63,320 nucleotides of DNA, filler included, from Folioceros fuciformis (GCA_049999805.1; 8 parts of 8 records of this genome joined end to end with filler, not necessarily neighbours in it); one strand, 5' to 3'; positions 23,621 to 35,950 are shown, counted from the first letter of the whole stretch. The notes: generated by a model from the sequence alone, not told the origin. Program-made: numbers and translations.

Positions 23621-26139
23621 ATGACGACATTGAATGTTATAGCTCCTGGGAGCGGCTATGATGCGGCTACAGGGATCTACTCTAGCAAGCTGTCTGCGGT
23701 GGCGCTGCCGGATGATGCAGAGCTGGGATTGGTGGACTACCTTTTTGCAACCTGCGCCGGCCGGGCGCCAAGAGACAAGCTGGCCGTGGTGGACGCGGGC
23801 TACGGGACGCAGGCCACCTACCAAGAGCTGGAGGAGAGGGTGCGGGAGTCTGCGCTGCTGCTGGCGGAGCTGGGAGTTGCCAAGGGCCGCCAAGTGCTCA
23901 TCGCATGCCACAACTGCCTTGAGCTCGTTGAGATCTTGTTCGCTTGTCTGCAGTTAGGCGCCGTCGTCATCCCTGTCCCTTACCCGGACTACCTGCGGGT
24001 GGCGCCTGCCTTGGAGAACGATCTGTTGCATTGCAATGTCCGGGACCCCGTCTTGTTTGTCACCAATGACGCAATGGCGTATCTGTTCCGCTGGGACAAC
24101 AACGAGAAGCTTCCCAATCTTCTCTTCGGCGTGAAGACGCTCATCATCGGAGCGCGATCAGCAATGCCAGAGATCCAGGACAGTATGGTGCGGCGATCCG
24201 AGATCGGACCTGAGCAGTTCGTTACATGGTCGGAGCTGCGTGCTCGCGGGCCGGTTGCAAAGCATGGTGAGGAGAGTGGGCGGGCCCGGGAAACTGTGCT
24301 GCAGGATGACGCTGCTGTGGTGGTCATGACTCCGTCTGTTGTAACCGAGAGGACCTCGAACGGGAGAAACGAGTATCGGGACAAGGGAGCTGTTCTGACG
24401 CATCGGAACCTCATTGCGTTTGCCACCATCTACTCTGGTAACCCGCTGAGTGGATCTGCTGAGGATGATGTCTACCTCTGCTGCGTGTCGCTTGGCCATC
24501 TCTATGCGATTGCCGTCTTGATGATCGCGCCGCTTATGCGGGGGGCCACGGTTATCACCTGGAACTTGGACTACGACGCTCAGGTCGGGAAAATGCTTGG
24601 TGCTTTGCTGGATTTGCAGCCGCAGCTCACGCATGTGACTATGTTGCCGTCCACGCTGTACGAGATCGTGGCCAATGAGCGTAAGCTGCAGAACATTGAG
24701 ATCCGGCCTCCATACGAGCTGGTGGACGATTTGAGCAGGTGTGACCTGCCGCCCCTCAGGCAGTTTGGCTGTGGGCCTGCAATTGTGCCGCTGCGGACTA
24801 TACAAGGCTGCGCTCAACGCTTTCCTTCTGGTGGTCATCAGTTCGTACAGGTAGTGCCTCCCCTCCCTTTGTAAGGTGTTTAAGATATTTCTTTTGTTCG
24901 TCCTCGTTGTTCTGGGCTAATCTCATTCTACACGCGAACATTCCTGATCCAAGAAATGTCAGCAGGGTTATGGTTTGATTGAGACAACTCTCCTGGGAAC
25001 AACATTCCCTGCCGGCGTTCACTACAAGCCAGAGTATCTCGGATCTGTCGGCCTGCTTTCGATGAACTTCGAAGCCAAGATTGTGAATGTCAAGGCAAAG
25101 CCCAGTGAGATGTCCCCATACTTTGCAGGCGAGCTGTGGTTGCGTGGTCCCGGAATTATGGCAGGTAGAGATTTAAACTTTCCTCCAATTTTTTCCCCTC
25201 CTTGCTTGCTAATCATTCCATGCTGTATCGGTAGCTGAAGAGGACACTATGATGATATGCTTCTCAGCACCTATAGTTGCTAATCCATGGAATTTTTCTT
25301 CGACAGGCTACTTGAACAATTCCACGGTAAACGTCGATGCTCGGGACGCCGACGGCTGGCTCCATACCGGGGATCTTGGCTACTTCAATAAGGATGGCTA
25401 CCTCTACATTGTCGGCCGCATTAAAGAGATCGTCAATTGCAACGGTTTTCCGGTGAGTATTTTTGAACCAGTTGCAGATTCCGTGGATTTAACGAGATTC
25501 TTTACCTGTCCCTTGCAACTAGGTCTACACAACAATTTTCATGGGTGGCACTTTTGTCACTGTAGGTTTCACTTGACGAGCTGGAGGAAGTGCTGTGGCA
25601 CAGTCCTGATGTCGTCAATTGTGCCGTCATAAGGTGCTGACTCGTTCCCCGACTTTTGCCTACAGTTCACTATTATGCATATTCCAGAACCATCTTAGAA
25701 TCTAAAGTACTTGTAAACTTCCCGATTGTCATAGTGAAACCAAGCTAATAGAGCTCTTGATGTATGCAGCTACCCTGATGAAAGGAAAGTGGAGGCTCCG
25801 CTAGTCTTTATCGAAACTTTGACTCCAAACCTAAACTACAATGGTGTGTCGTGGTTAGAAGGTGATCAAATCGATTACATTAAGGAACGCGTAAGTTCCC
25901 TACCCCTTCCAAAGTCATTGTTGAGGCGTTTAAACTCCTTCACGTCTTTCAACTTGCTCTTTCCACCTACCCTTCCCAATTGATAGGTAGCGAGCTTCAA
26001 GGGACTTGGCCAAGCAGCGCAAGTTTCAAAGTTTCCAACTCTTCCTCAGGGGAAAGGCCTTCGAAGGGCTTTCACCAGTTTTGCACAGCATACGAAAGTC
26101 TTGCACAAGGGTCCTAAGCACTTGATGCTGGAAGCTTAA
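23621..26139 (+). CDS. Divergent tandem 4CL-like paralogue; exons 23621-24850, 24966-25164, 25307-25452, 25566-25633, 25770-25890, 25987-26139
   Basis: Same intron positions as the upstream gene; QGYGLIET, GELWLRGPGIMAGY, WLHTGDLGYF, IVGRIKE; P-loop degenerate; no PTS1. Confidence 0.85.
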
Positions 26140-27169
26140 TTTGACATGACCTCATTATGTAGACTGGAAGCACTGCAAATTCGTGTTATTATAGATCACT
26201 TGTGAATAAAATTCTTTACCTATTCTTAGCTACCACGACAATCACACAGCTCAATTAAGGGTAAATTAGAAAAACCGTCTTCAATATGCTTGCATTTATT
26301 GTGGCATATTGAAAAACCATATCTGAAAACTTATTTTCAATGGGAGTCAAGCTCTACATTCTCCATAGTGAGTTGTTCTATGCTCATTCCATGACCACAC
26401 TTCACAAAGTATAAAGTTTAAATTTATCAATGCTTCAAGTTTTGTTTGTTTGAGTTTTATTTTATGCTTGGGTGACTTGGTCTGGTACTAGACTTAGAAA
26501 ATGATACTCATCTAGGTTCAATCTATATCCTAATATCGTTAACATGCTTTTCAAGAGAGCATTAATAGTTTCTCTCATTTCTCTCATTTTAGTGATAGTG
26601 ATCATTTTTTCAATCTTGTTCTCCCTAGCCCTTTCCCAGATCACCTCCCTAAGAAGTGTATTTAGAGTTTTTTTAGCTTTATTCTCATAATTATAATTTA
26701 CTCCAACTTTTCACCTGCAATTTTAAAAACCATGGATGAAGATTATAAGGCTGGAGATTATCATCAATTAACACATTATAATGTCCATCCTTGGGCCACT
26801 TGGCGCAGCGTTACGGAGGAGCGGCGTTATGGCGAGGAGCGGGAACAAGCTATGCTTTGGAGGCAAGCTACGAAAGACTTGTGGCTATAGGGGCGGGGGC
26901 TGCAACGCCCCCGTGGCTCACTGGTGCCTGGCGGCCCTCTCTAGGACCAGGCTCCCTATGGGGCTGGTCCGGGCTTGATAGCGGGGCAAGGTTTGGCAGA
27001 CCTTGGGGGTTTGTCGCACTCCAATTTGCAGCCCTCCACTTCGGGGGAGTTGGGTTTGGAGGATCTTTTGTCTTTTTGTTATTTGTTTTATGTTATGATT
27101 TCTTCTGGGATTCGAAATTTCTGATTGGCCCAGAGATTTTCGGAGAGCTTCAGTTTTATAGTATTTCTA

Positions 27170-29750
27170 CGTTTTGGTATTCGAGGCTGGAAGCCGAAAT
27201 TATACCGGCAGGTTGGAGCTGGCAAGATGTTTACTATTAGACTCTCTACGACATTCTATTTTGTTCACTTATGGCACCTCATTCTTCCACGCAGCCAAGG
27301 ATACCCTATGTCCCAAATGCAATAGTTTGTTTAAAGGGGTGATGGGGGTTAGGTGTCACTTGGTTAAAGCACACAAGGACTTTAATCAGACTCTTTGGGA
27401 GCTACATGTCAGGGGTGCTTCTTCCATTGTTGCTACTCCTTCAACTTCTCCTCTAGGTGGGCTCTTTGCTCCCTCGCAGGAATCTTGGTTGTGGCTGGAG
27501 GCATAGACTCCCCATCTTCTGGCCCTTTATGAGACCCGTCTTCTGGGCCACGTTTGTTTCAACGTCTCCCTGGGCGTTAGCATGATGATGTTCGTCTTGC
27601 ATACAAGCTGTCATTGGAGAACCTTGCTTCAAACCCCCAGGACGAGTCAGCATGGACATTGTTCCTCTTTCTTCCCGGGTGGTGCCTTCGTTGTTCTAGG
27701 GGCGGCCTTTCGGGTCACAAGGAAGTGGCCTCCCACCTTCGTCAGTTTCGGGCAGGGGATTGGGAGGCTTTACAAGTGGAGGCCAGTTGCGCTGCGAAAT
27801 CAAGGTTAGAGTCCGCCAAGTTGGAGCAAGTCCATCAAGATCCCGCAAAGGCGCATTTCAAGAGGTGTCTCTTACTTAGTCGGGCGGGGGAGTTTGCTAG
27901 AGCCGCCAGGGCCCTTCGGCTGAAGCCAGTGACATCGCCCTCAGAGGAGACCATCGCTACCCTCCGTGCCTTGCATCTAGGCCCAGGTGATCCCATCCCT
28001 CAGGAGGTTCTGCAATTTGTCCCGATGAGCCTTTTTGCCTTGATCGGATTGTATTCAGTCGAGCCCTCGTCACCGCACCAAGACTTTCTTCTGGTGGCCT
28101 ATTTAGGACGGTCTATGACCACCTTTGGAACTACTTTGACACCCATCTCATGGGTCCCATGGGATAAGGTTAATTAAGTCTCATGGGATGACACCCATCT
28201 CCTAGGTCCAGGGGATAAGGTTAAGGAAGCCTTTGAGCTTTTCTCAAAGGAGCTCTCACGCTTGGACCTAAAAGTCAAGATTTCCAACTGTAAGATTTGG
28301 TCTCCATCTGGTATCACTCCATCTCTACAATTTTCGAAGGGGAACATCAATTCTCCATTGGGCATCCGCTTCCTAGGGGTCCCTGTTGGCCCCCCCGACT
28401 TCATTCGCAAATTTGTGGATGCAACTTTGACGAAGGATTTGGCGCACATTGAGGACCTTCATCAACTTGGGGACCCACTGGCGTACAACATCCTCTCCAA
28501 TTGCTTTGTGCGATGCCCCATGCACCTCATCCACACAATGCCTCCATCCCCAGATTTTCTTTCCAAATTGAGGGACTTCGACAAGCAGGTATTGAAGGAA
28601 TTAGGGGACATTGCTGGCCCGGGTTCATTCGATTGTACTACAAGTGATTTAGGTAGGAGGCATGCATCCCTACCCATTGCTTGAGTGGCATTAAACTACT
28701 AGCAATAGAGGCCTCAGCGCCAACTACTTTTCTTGGTAATTGGGCGCTCTTTATCCCAGCTTTAGTGACTCACTTCTCCATCGGAAACTTGAGCGTTTTG
28801 GAGGGTTTTGTCATAAGAGTTGAGGAGGGAGGAGCCATTCCCCTTCTAGAGTCCCTGAGGAGGGCCCACGATCTCTTATCCTCACAAGCTCGATTGGTCA
28901 TGCCTTCTTTTTCCTCCTTCCTTTGTGGGGGTATGGGGGGGCTTCAGACCACCCTCATGGAAAAGCATTATGGACAAGAGTTGTAGGCCCTCATGCTAGA
29001 TTCCTCCATTGATAAGCAGGTTTGGGCACACCTTCGATCTTGTTCGAGGATAGGCGCTGGCTCTTGGCTATTGGCCCGTCCATGCATCCAGGCTTTCTAA
29101 GTCGCACCCGCTTCTTTCTCTATTGCGATGAGGTTCTACCTAGGCTTGGTCCTGCCGCTGGCCTGGTCTCTCTCTTCTTGCAGCTATGGAGTCCCCCTCG
29201 ACGACCCTAGGAGCCACCTGGCGTGTTGCCTTATCGAGGGGTAGCGCATCACCACCCATAATGCACCATCATGCAGTGAGGGACGTTATGCTTTCTTTGG
29301 CCAAAGAGGGTGGCTTCTTCCCCTATAAGGAGCGCCCATATACCTTGCTAAACGGCGTCTCCCTCATTGCAGACCTTTTCTTGACTAAGGGGAACTAGGT
29401 TTCTGTAGCGGATGTGGTGGTCACAAACCCCACTCAAACAACCATTAGCAAGCATGTCATTATCAACCCCTCGGGTTGGGCGGCAAAAAGAAGCATGATA
29501 AAGAAGACTTGCAAGTACAAGCCCATGCAGCAGGGTCGTTTGTTCATCCCCTTGCTATTGAAACACATGGGGCCATGGGTAAGGATTTTTCTAGGTTTTT
29601 GAAGACGTGTGAAAGCTCATCACGTCAAGAGGAGCAGTGTAGGGCCTCCCCTATCCGAAGTGGTGGCATTTTTCTGGCAATGAGTTTTGATTATGTTATA
29701 AAAAGCCTTGGCAAATACAATCACAGTAGGCCACATAAGATGCCATAGCC
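27170..29750 (+). mobile_element. Degenerate CRE-like non-LTR retrotransposon (N-terminal C2H2 finger, RT remnant, restriction-like endonuclease)
   Basis: CPKC..CHLVKAH; GEFARAARAL; GIRFLGVPVGPPDFI; HHAVRD; ADL..DVVVTNP..K..KY..PLAIETHG.MG; RT core largely deleted near 28170. Confidence 0.75.
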
Positions 29751-29962
29751 AGTTACAAGCTAGACATAAAGGGGGTTAGGCCGCTTTCTTGGCGTTTCGC
29801 GTTGCGGTTGTTCCCTTGCCACGGGGTTAGATGGACTTCCTTTTTTCTTTTTATAAAGTCTTAACGTTCTCGCTCGGAAAGGTTCCATCAGTTCGGACTT
29901 GCATCGTGCCGGGAGACATGAAACTCGAGGAAAGCAAAAAGACTGTGTCTTAGTGCAGGTGC

Positions 29963-32020
29963 ATGCGGAGATGGGCAGCATGGGCCCAGCTGGAGCGTTG
30001 GAGCTGGGTTGTGTGTTCAGGCTTGCCTGCACAGGCTTGGAGCATTCCTCTGCCCTCCTTGGCTTCCTGGAGTGTCGCACTTCATTCACACGGCCTCTTG
30101 GGGCAACGGCTTCTCTGGACTACGAAAACATGGACTCCTGGCATCGCAGGTCTTGCGGGCACAGGTTGCGAAATGCTGGCTTCTACATGGCCGGATGGTC
30201 CCGGCGTAAGTGCGGGGACTGTGAACAAATTCTGCGAGCGAGGGCACGCTTGTGAGGCTGTTGAGGCTCTGGGAGCTCTGGTGCAGTCTGGATGTCTTGT
30301 CTCGCAGTCTCTTATCTACGCTGTCCTGAGAAACTGTGTCGGTAAGAGGGAGCTTGTTCTGGGTCGCCGGGTGCATGCTCTGGCAGTGCAGCAGGGGTAT
30401 GGATCGGATACGTTCCTGTGCAACCACATCCTCCGAATGTATGCTTTTCTTGGCATGTTGGAGGAGGCCATGCATGTCTTCAGCGTGGTGGCGGAGCCGG
30501 ATGTCTTCATGTGGTCTTCCATGATTTCTGCCCATGTTAAACATGGGCAAGGTGAGCAGGGCATAGCCTTGTATCGTCAGATGCGAAGGTCGGGTATGGA
30601 GCCGGATGGGCATGTGTACGTAGCAGCGTTGCAGGCTTGTGGCAGGGAAGCAGACTTGAGAACTGGGCGACAGGTGCACGTTGATGTCATGGCTTGTGGG
30701 GTTGAGCCTGACTTGTTTGTAGTGAACTGCCTGGTGGACATGTACGCAAAGTGTGGCAGGTTGGATGATGCTAAGAGAGTTTTAGATGGGCTTGGTAGGA
30801 AAGATGCGGTGTCATGGAATGCCATGATAGCAGGATATGCCCAGCAGGGCAGGGGGGAAGAAGCGCTTCATCTGTACAGGACCATGAAGGATGAAGGCGT
30901 GGCTGCACCTACTTCTGTGACGTACGTCAGCCTCCTTCAGGCCTGTGCGAGCGTGGGTGCGGGAGGTTTGGAGGCAGGGAAGGAGCTACATGCTCAGATT
31001 GATGCCGAGGGGCTGCTGGCTGATGCAGTTGTAGGGTGCAGCCTGGTAAACATGTATGCAAAGTGCGGCAGCATCGAGGATGCTCGCGGTGTGTTTGCCC
31101 GACTCGAGCGGAAAACGTTGGTCACTTGGAATGCCATGATGGCGGGATATTGTCAGCAGGGGATGGGCCAGGAAGCTCTTCTCGTTTACCAAGCCATGCG
31201 AAATGAAGGCATTTCTGCTCCAGATTCTACAACATTTGCCTGCCTTCTGCAGGGATGTGCAGATGTAGCAGCTTTGCATCCGGGAAGGTGGCTGCATGTC
31301 CAGATCGAAGAACATGGGCACCATGAAGACCCGTTTGTAGTTATCAGTTTGATAAACATGTATGCAAAGTCTGGGAGCATGGTGGATGCACAACAGGTGT
31401 TTGATGGGTTGCCTGAACCAGACAGTGTCGCCTGGAATGCACTGATTGCAGGTTACACCCGGCAAGGGGACAGTGAAACAGTCTTCCAGCTGCATTGCAG
31501 AATGCAAGAGCAGAGTGTACTGCCCGACAGCGTTACATTTCTCAGCGTTCTCAAAGTATGCAGTCATGCGGGCCTGGTGGACAAGGGGCGAGAGTACTTC
31601 GAGGCAATGAGCCAACACTATGGCATCACTCCAACCACGGATCACTACACATGCATGGTGGACATCCTGGGTCGGGCAGGTCTCCTCCACGAGGCTCTAA
31701 GGGTGGCAAGGAGCATGCCTGTACCCCCCGACACCGCAGTGTGGCACACACTTTTGGGTGCCTGTCAAAAGTGGAGCAACGTGGAGGTGGGACTCCATTC
31801 CTTCAAGGAAGCCCTGAAGCTGCATGACAAGGATGCTGCAGCCTATGTGTTGATGTCCAACATATATCGCAGAGCCCAGATGTGGGAGGAGGCACAGAAG
31901 TTGCAGAGGAGGAGGAAAGCGATCGGGGCATGGAAACAGCCAGGCCAGAGCTGGTGGGTAGGCATAGACGGGCTGGTGCACGTTTTTGTGGTAAGGGAGT
32001 TAACGCCATCTGCACGTTGA
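29963..32020 (+). CDS. PLS-class pentatricopeptide repeat protein with E/E+ extension and no DYW (candidate organellar RNA-editing factor)
   Basis: Repeated LVDMYAKCG..A..VF / VSWNAMIAGY motifs; HYTCMVDILGRAG; YVLMSNIY; KQPGQSW; single intronless ORF of 685 aa. Confidence 0.93.
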   Translation: MRRWAAWAQLERWSWVVCSGLPAQAWSIPLPSLASWSVALHSHGLLGQRLLWTTKTWTPGIAGLAGTGCEMLASTWPDGPGVSAGTVNKFCERGHACEAVEALGALVQSGCLVSQSLIYAVLRNCVGKRELVLGRRVHALAVQQGYGSDTFLCNHILRMYAFLGMLEEAMHVFSVVAEPDVFMWSSMISAHVKHGQGEQGIALYRQMRRSGMEPDGHVYVAALQACGREADLRTGRQVHVDVMACGVEPDLFVVNCLVDMYAKCGRLDDAKRVLDGLGRKDAVSWNAMIAGYAQQGRGEEALHLYRTMKDEGVAAPTSVTYVSLLQACASVGAGGLEAGKELHAQIDAEGLLADAVVGCSLVNMYAKCGSIEDARGVFARLERKTLVTWNAMMAGYCQQGMGQEALLVYQAMRNEGISAPDSTTFACLLQGCADVAALHPGRWLHVQIEEHGHHEDPFVVISLINMYAKSGSMVDAQQVFDGLPEPDSVAWNALIAGYTRQGDSETVFQLHCRMQEQSVLPDSVTFLSVLKVCSHAGLVDKGREYFEAMSQHYGITPTTDHYTCMVDILGRAGLLHEALRVARSMPVPPDTAVWHTLLGACQKWSNVEVGLHSFKEALKLHDKDAAAYVLMSNIYRRAQMWEEAQKLQRRRKAIGAWKQPGQSWWVGIDGLVHVFVVRELTPSAR

Positions 32021-32922
32021 ACCATGAAGGGACACATGCAAGGATTTTATTCCCCTCACGACTTCAACATCACTAACCTGAAAGCGCACAATGTAAGGCT
32101 TCTGGTTTTGTTTTTTGCTCCCTCTCGACTCCAACACCGAAAACCTGAAAGACTACATGTAACGATGAGCCAGGTTGTTCTCCACACCGCTCCACCAGTA
32201 TATCGTTGCTGTTTCACCACCCACCTCCCATGACATGCCGTCAGTGTGTTTGTCACAACTCCAATTCATTGTTGTCGGTAGTGCTTGCTAATAGGGATGC
32301 ATTCTTCTGACATGTTCCTTTAGAAAGCCGCGGCAAGGCTTTCTTTCTTTGTCGTCTGAGTACAGTACTTGTCCTGACTAACCAGAAGCAATCTCGTTGA
32401 GATCTCATCACCCATGATCAAAGTTGCCTACTGTGCGGTTTCCCCAATGGGAAGACGGAGATACCGAGTGCTGGTCGTGTGTGGGCTCCAAGCTCGGACT
32501 TCCAACAGCCCCGACTATTCGTTCGGTGCTAAGGGAAACCTATTGCTTGACACAGGGAAAAGCTGTTGTTAGACTATACTGTTCGCAAAAACCCTAAAAC
32601 TTTGTATCACCTTAATTTAACGCAACAGCAACAACAAATGCTAAGCCATCAACAGTCATAAACACCTATGTTTGCCACTGGAACGACAAATTCCTTGTCC
32701 CGAATTATAAAATCCATTTTAATTTTCGAAAATTTTAATTGCCTCTCCCACACCAATTAGTGCTTGAGAAGACAAAATAACGACAATGGATCATTGTTAA
32801 TGCCACTGCCAGCCATATTCTCACTTGCATAATCTCGTTGGATAATAATTTTTTATATTTAAAAAAAAATAAAACTACAGTGGTACACATTTAGGGTTTC
32901 TATGCCCTAAGTGTGCATACAA

Positions 32923-33034
32923 TGGGCATTGTGAGATTCGAACTCACGTCCTCTGGGTGAATAGAAGAAAGAAATAAAAAATAAAAAATGATGCAAATTA
33001 TTTGCCCAGCGTCATACCTCTAGACCAAATGCCC
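32923..33034 (-). tRNA. tRNA-like gene or pseudogene with a 40-nt insertion in the anticodon loop; identity unresolved (Pro-like acceptor/D arm)
   Basis: Acceptor GGGCATT/AATGCCC; D arm GTCTAGAGGTATGAC; anticodon stem CTGGG/CCCAG; T arm GTGAG-TTCGAAT-CTCAC; anticodon loop 47 nt. Confidence 0.7.
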
Positions 33035-33154
33035 TAGTCAACAAATAGTAACAGCAATGTCAACTTCATTTTTCTTTCACTTCCTCTTGTTCGAAAACTT
33101 TGTAATATTTCATGCTGTTTAAGTATCGTTATTTACATACCAAATCCCATGACA

Positions 33155-33570
33155 AAAATCCATCCTTAGTGGACTAATAGAATTCTTCTCCCTTTCCTTC
33201 AACTTTGTCTTCCATATGCATGCAACCTGGTCCTCTCCTATTCAAGTTAATGGCTCAAATCTATCCTTAGTGGACTCTAATAGAATTCTTCTTCTTCAAC
33301 TTTGTCTTACATGTGCAACTTGTCTTCTTCTATTCAAATTAATGGCTCAAATCCATCGTTAGTGGACTCTATTAGAATTCTTCTCTTCTTCTTCAACTTT
33401 GTCTTGCATATGCAACTTGTCTTCTCCTATGCAACTTGTCTTCTCCTATTCAAGTTAATAGCTCTCCTCCTCGTACTTAGTGGACCTTGATAGAATTCTT
33501 CATTCTTCTTCTTCAACTTCGTCTTCCATATGCAACCTAGTCTTCCTCCCTTCAAGCTAATGGCTCTACT
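33155..33570. repeat. Degenerate tandem repeat, ~4 units of ~95-120 bp
   Basis: Recurring TTAGTGGAC..TAGAATTCTT..CTTCAACTTTGTCTT..ATGCAAC..TTCAAGTTAAT. Confidence 0.8.
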
Positions 33571-34029
33571 CCTCACAAGTATGTCGAAGCCTCTAGGCAA
33601 CTTAGGTGTTTCCAATTTAGTCCTCCTCATCTTAGCATTGGGAACCTTCCCTCTCCACAAGTCTCCTTTGAACCATCTTTGATCTCCACAGCTCACCTTG
33701 TCTCCACCAAGATCCTTGAGCGCCGGGAGAACTTTCACTGCCCAGCTTTTGAACGCATTCCAATTTTCATACTCCATCATTTGTACTGTACGGATTTGTC
33801 GGTCCCATATTTGTTTTAACTTCTAGTATCCCTGGCTCTTACGATTCCCTTTCTCTCCTACCGTTTGTCTGTCATTTGAAGTTCTGCGGGTGATAGGGAA
33901 GCTTCGTCGTCGGAAGATGAAGGACCGCGAAGGCGCGCGGTTGAGCATGCAGATCGGCCATGGATGAGGTGGATGCCCCGTTCAAAAACCGGAAGACGTT
34001 CGTTCTTCCTGATGACGTGGCCCGACGGG

Positions 34030-35950
34030 CCGCGTTCGAACTTCGTTCTCGTGGGGAGACGTGACGCCCGAGGAAAATGACGGCTGTGTCGTGGAGCAGG
34101 CGGAGATGGGCAGCAGGGGCCCAGCTGGAGCGTCGGAGCTGGGCTTGGCGCGTACTGGTACTGGCATTCCCTCCCTGTGCTCAGATTTCCTGCACGGAGT
34201 GTTGCATTTCATTCTCATGGGCTCTTGGGGCAAACGCGGTTTTGGATCTCGTGGAAACGGGGTGCGGGGAAGGCAGTGAGCACAGGCTGCGAGGAAGGGG
34301 AAGTTTTTGTGTGGCTGGTGAGGCTCTGGCAGCCCTGGTGCAGACTGGATGCCTTGTGGAGAGGGAGCTGGTTTCGGGTGGCCGGGTGTAATGGCCTGGT
34401 AGTGGAGACGGGAGTGGGTCGAATGCGATCCTGAGCAACCATGTCCTCGGATGTATGGGGGAGGAAGCCCTGCCTGTGTTGACTGTGGTGGCTGACCCAT
34501 ATGTCTTCATTTGGGCTTGCATGATTTCTGCCCGTGCTTAGCGTGGGGCAAGGCGAGCCTTGTATCGTCAGATGCGGAGGCGGATGGGGATGTGTGTGTG
34601 CGCGTGCAGCATGACAGGGAGACCCTTGTGGCAGGGAAGGAGGTGGATGCTTATGTCATGGCTCGTGGGGTTGAGCCTGACGTGGTTGTTGTGATCGTGA
34701 ATGGTGGACATGTACGCGAGGGGCAGGGGTGGAGAAGCATTTCGTCTCTACAGGTCTACGGAGGAGGAGTGTTCAGCATACCTGTAGGTGTGATGGATTT
34801 AGGTTTGTAGACTTCCCAGGATGCAGGATGGTCGAAGTGTGGTTGCCCGACTCGGTGGGCAGACTTTGGTTGCATGACATTTGTGCGATGTTGGCGGGAT
34901 GCTGCCAGCCAGCTGGGGACGGGCCTACATGCCCTTCTTGTTTACAGAGCCATGGGAGATGGAGGCCTGCTCGGATCGGAGGACAAAAGCTTCATGCAGA
35001 CCTTTTTGTAGCCGTCAGTTTGATGAACGTGTATGCCAAGTGTGGGAACGTGATGGATGCACAGCAGGTGTTTGAAGGATTGCCTGAACCAGACAGTGTC
35101 GCTTGGGACGCTGATTGTAGGAGACGTCCGGCACGGGACACTGAAGTGGTCTTAACCCTGCTTTGCAGAATGCAAGCGCAGGGGATACAGCCGGAAACAT
35201 CACTTTTCTCAGCGTTCTGAAACTATGCAGTCATGCAGGCCGGTTGCAAGGGGCGCGAGAGTACTTGGAGGCAACGAGCCAAGCCGCTAACGATGGTATC
35301 ACTCCCACCAGGGAGAACTATACCTGTATGGTCGGGCTGGCCACCTTCACGAGGGTTTAGGGGTGGCAAGGAGCATGCCTGTACTCCCTGACACCGCTGT
35401 CTGCCATACACTTTTGGGTGCCTGTTGAAAGTGGAGCAACGTGGATGGAGGCGGGACGCCATTCCTTGAACGAAGCTCTGAGGCAGCATGACAAGGATGC
35501 TCAGAGCCCAGATGTGGGAGGAGGCACACAAGTTGCATAGGAGAAGACGAGGAGGACAGGGATCGGGGCATGGAATCAGCCAGCCTGAGGCCAGAGCTGG
35601 TGGGGAGGGCGTAGACAGGCTGGTGCACCCGCAACCTTTTGTGGTAAGGGAGAGATATCTGCCTCCATCTTTCTGCACTTTGAAACCGTGAAGCACACAT
35701 GCAAGGATCGTATTCCCCACCCCACTTCAACATCAAAACCTGAAAGCATACATGCAACGGTGAAACACGTTGCACCCCACACAGCTCCACTGCAATGTTG
35801 TCCCTGTGTGTCCACACGGGGTCCGATTCAATCTCATGTTGTCGGTAGTGCTTTCCTGCTGTGAGCGGGTACGTCGGCATGTGCAAATATGGGTGCATTC
35901 TTGTCACATGTTCCGTTTTAAAGCAACAGCAGAGCGTGCTCTTTTTGTCC
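34030..35950 (+). pseudogene. Decayed tandem duplicate of the PPR gene, including flanks
   Basis: Collinear similarity to ~29880-32340 (e.g. SLMNVYAKCGNVMDAQQVFEGLPEPDSVAW; ITFLSVLKLCSHAG) with many indels and stops. Confidence 0.88.

Noticed and set aside
18714-26139. Biosynthetic gene cluster (4CL pair plus neighbours)
   Set aside because: Only a tandem duplicate of one enzyme family; no second pathway enzyme class in the window.
30086-31690. Long antisense ORFs over the PPR gene (likewise over the 4CL and STIG1 genes)
   Set aside because: Shadow ORFs of GC-rich coding sequence.
32020-32260. DYW deaminase domain after the PPR E+ region
   Set aside because: No HSE/CxxC or DYW-like motif seen downstream.
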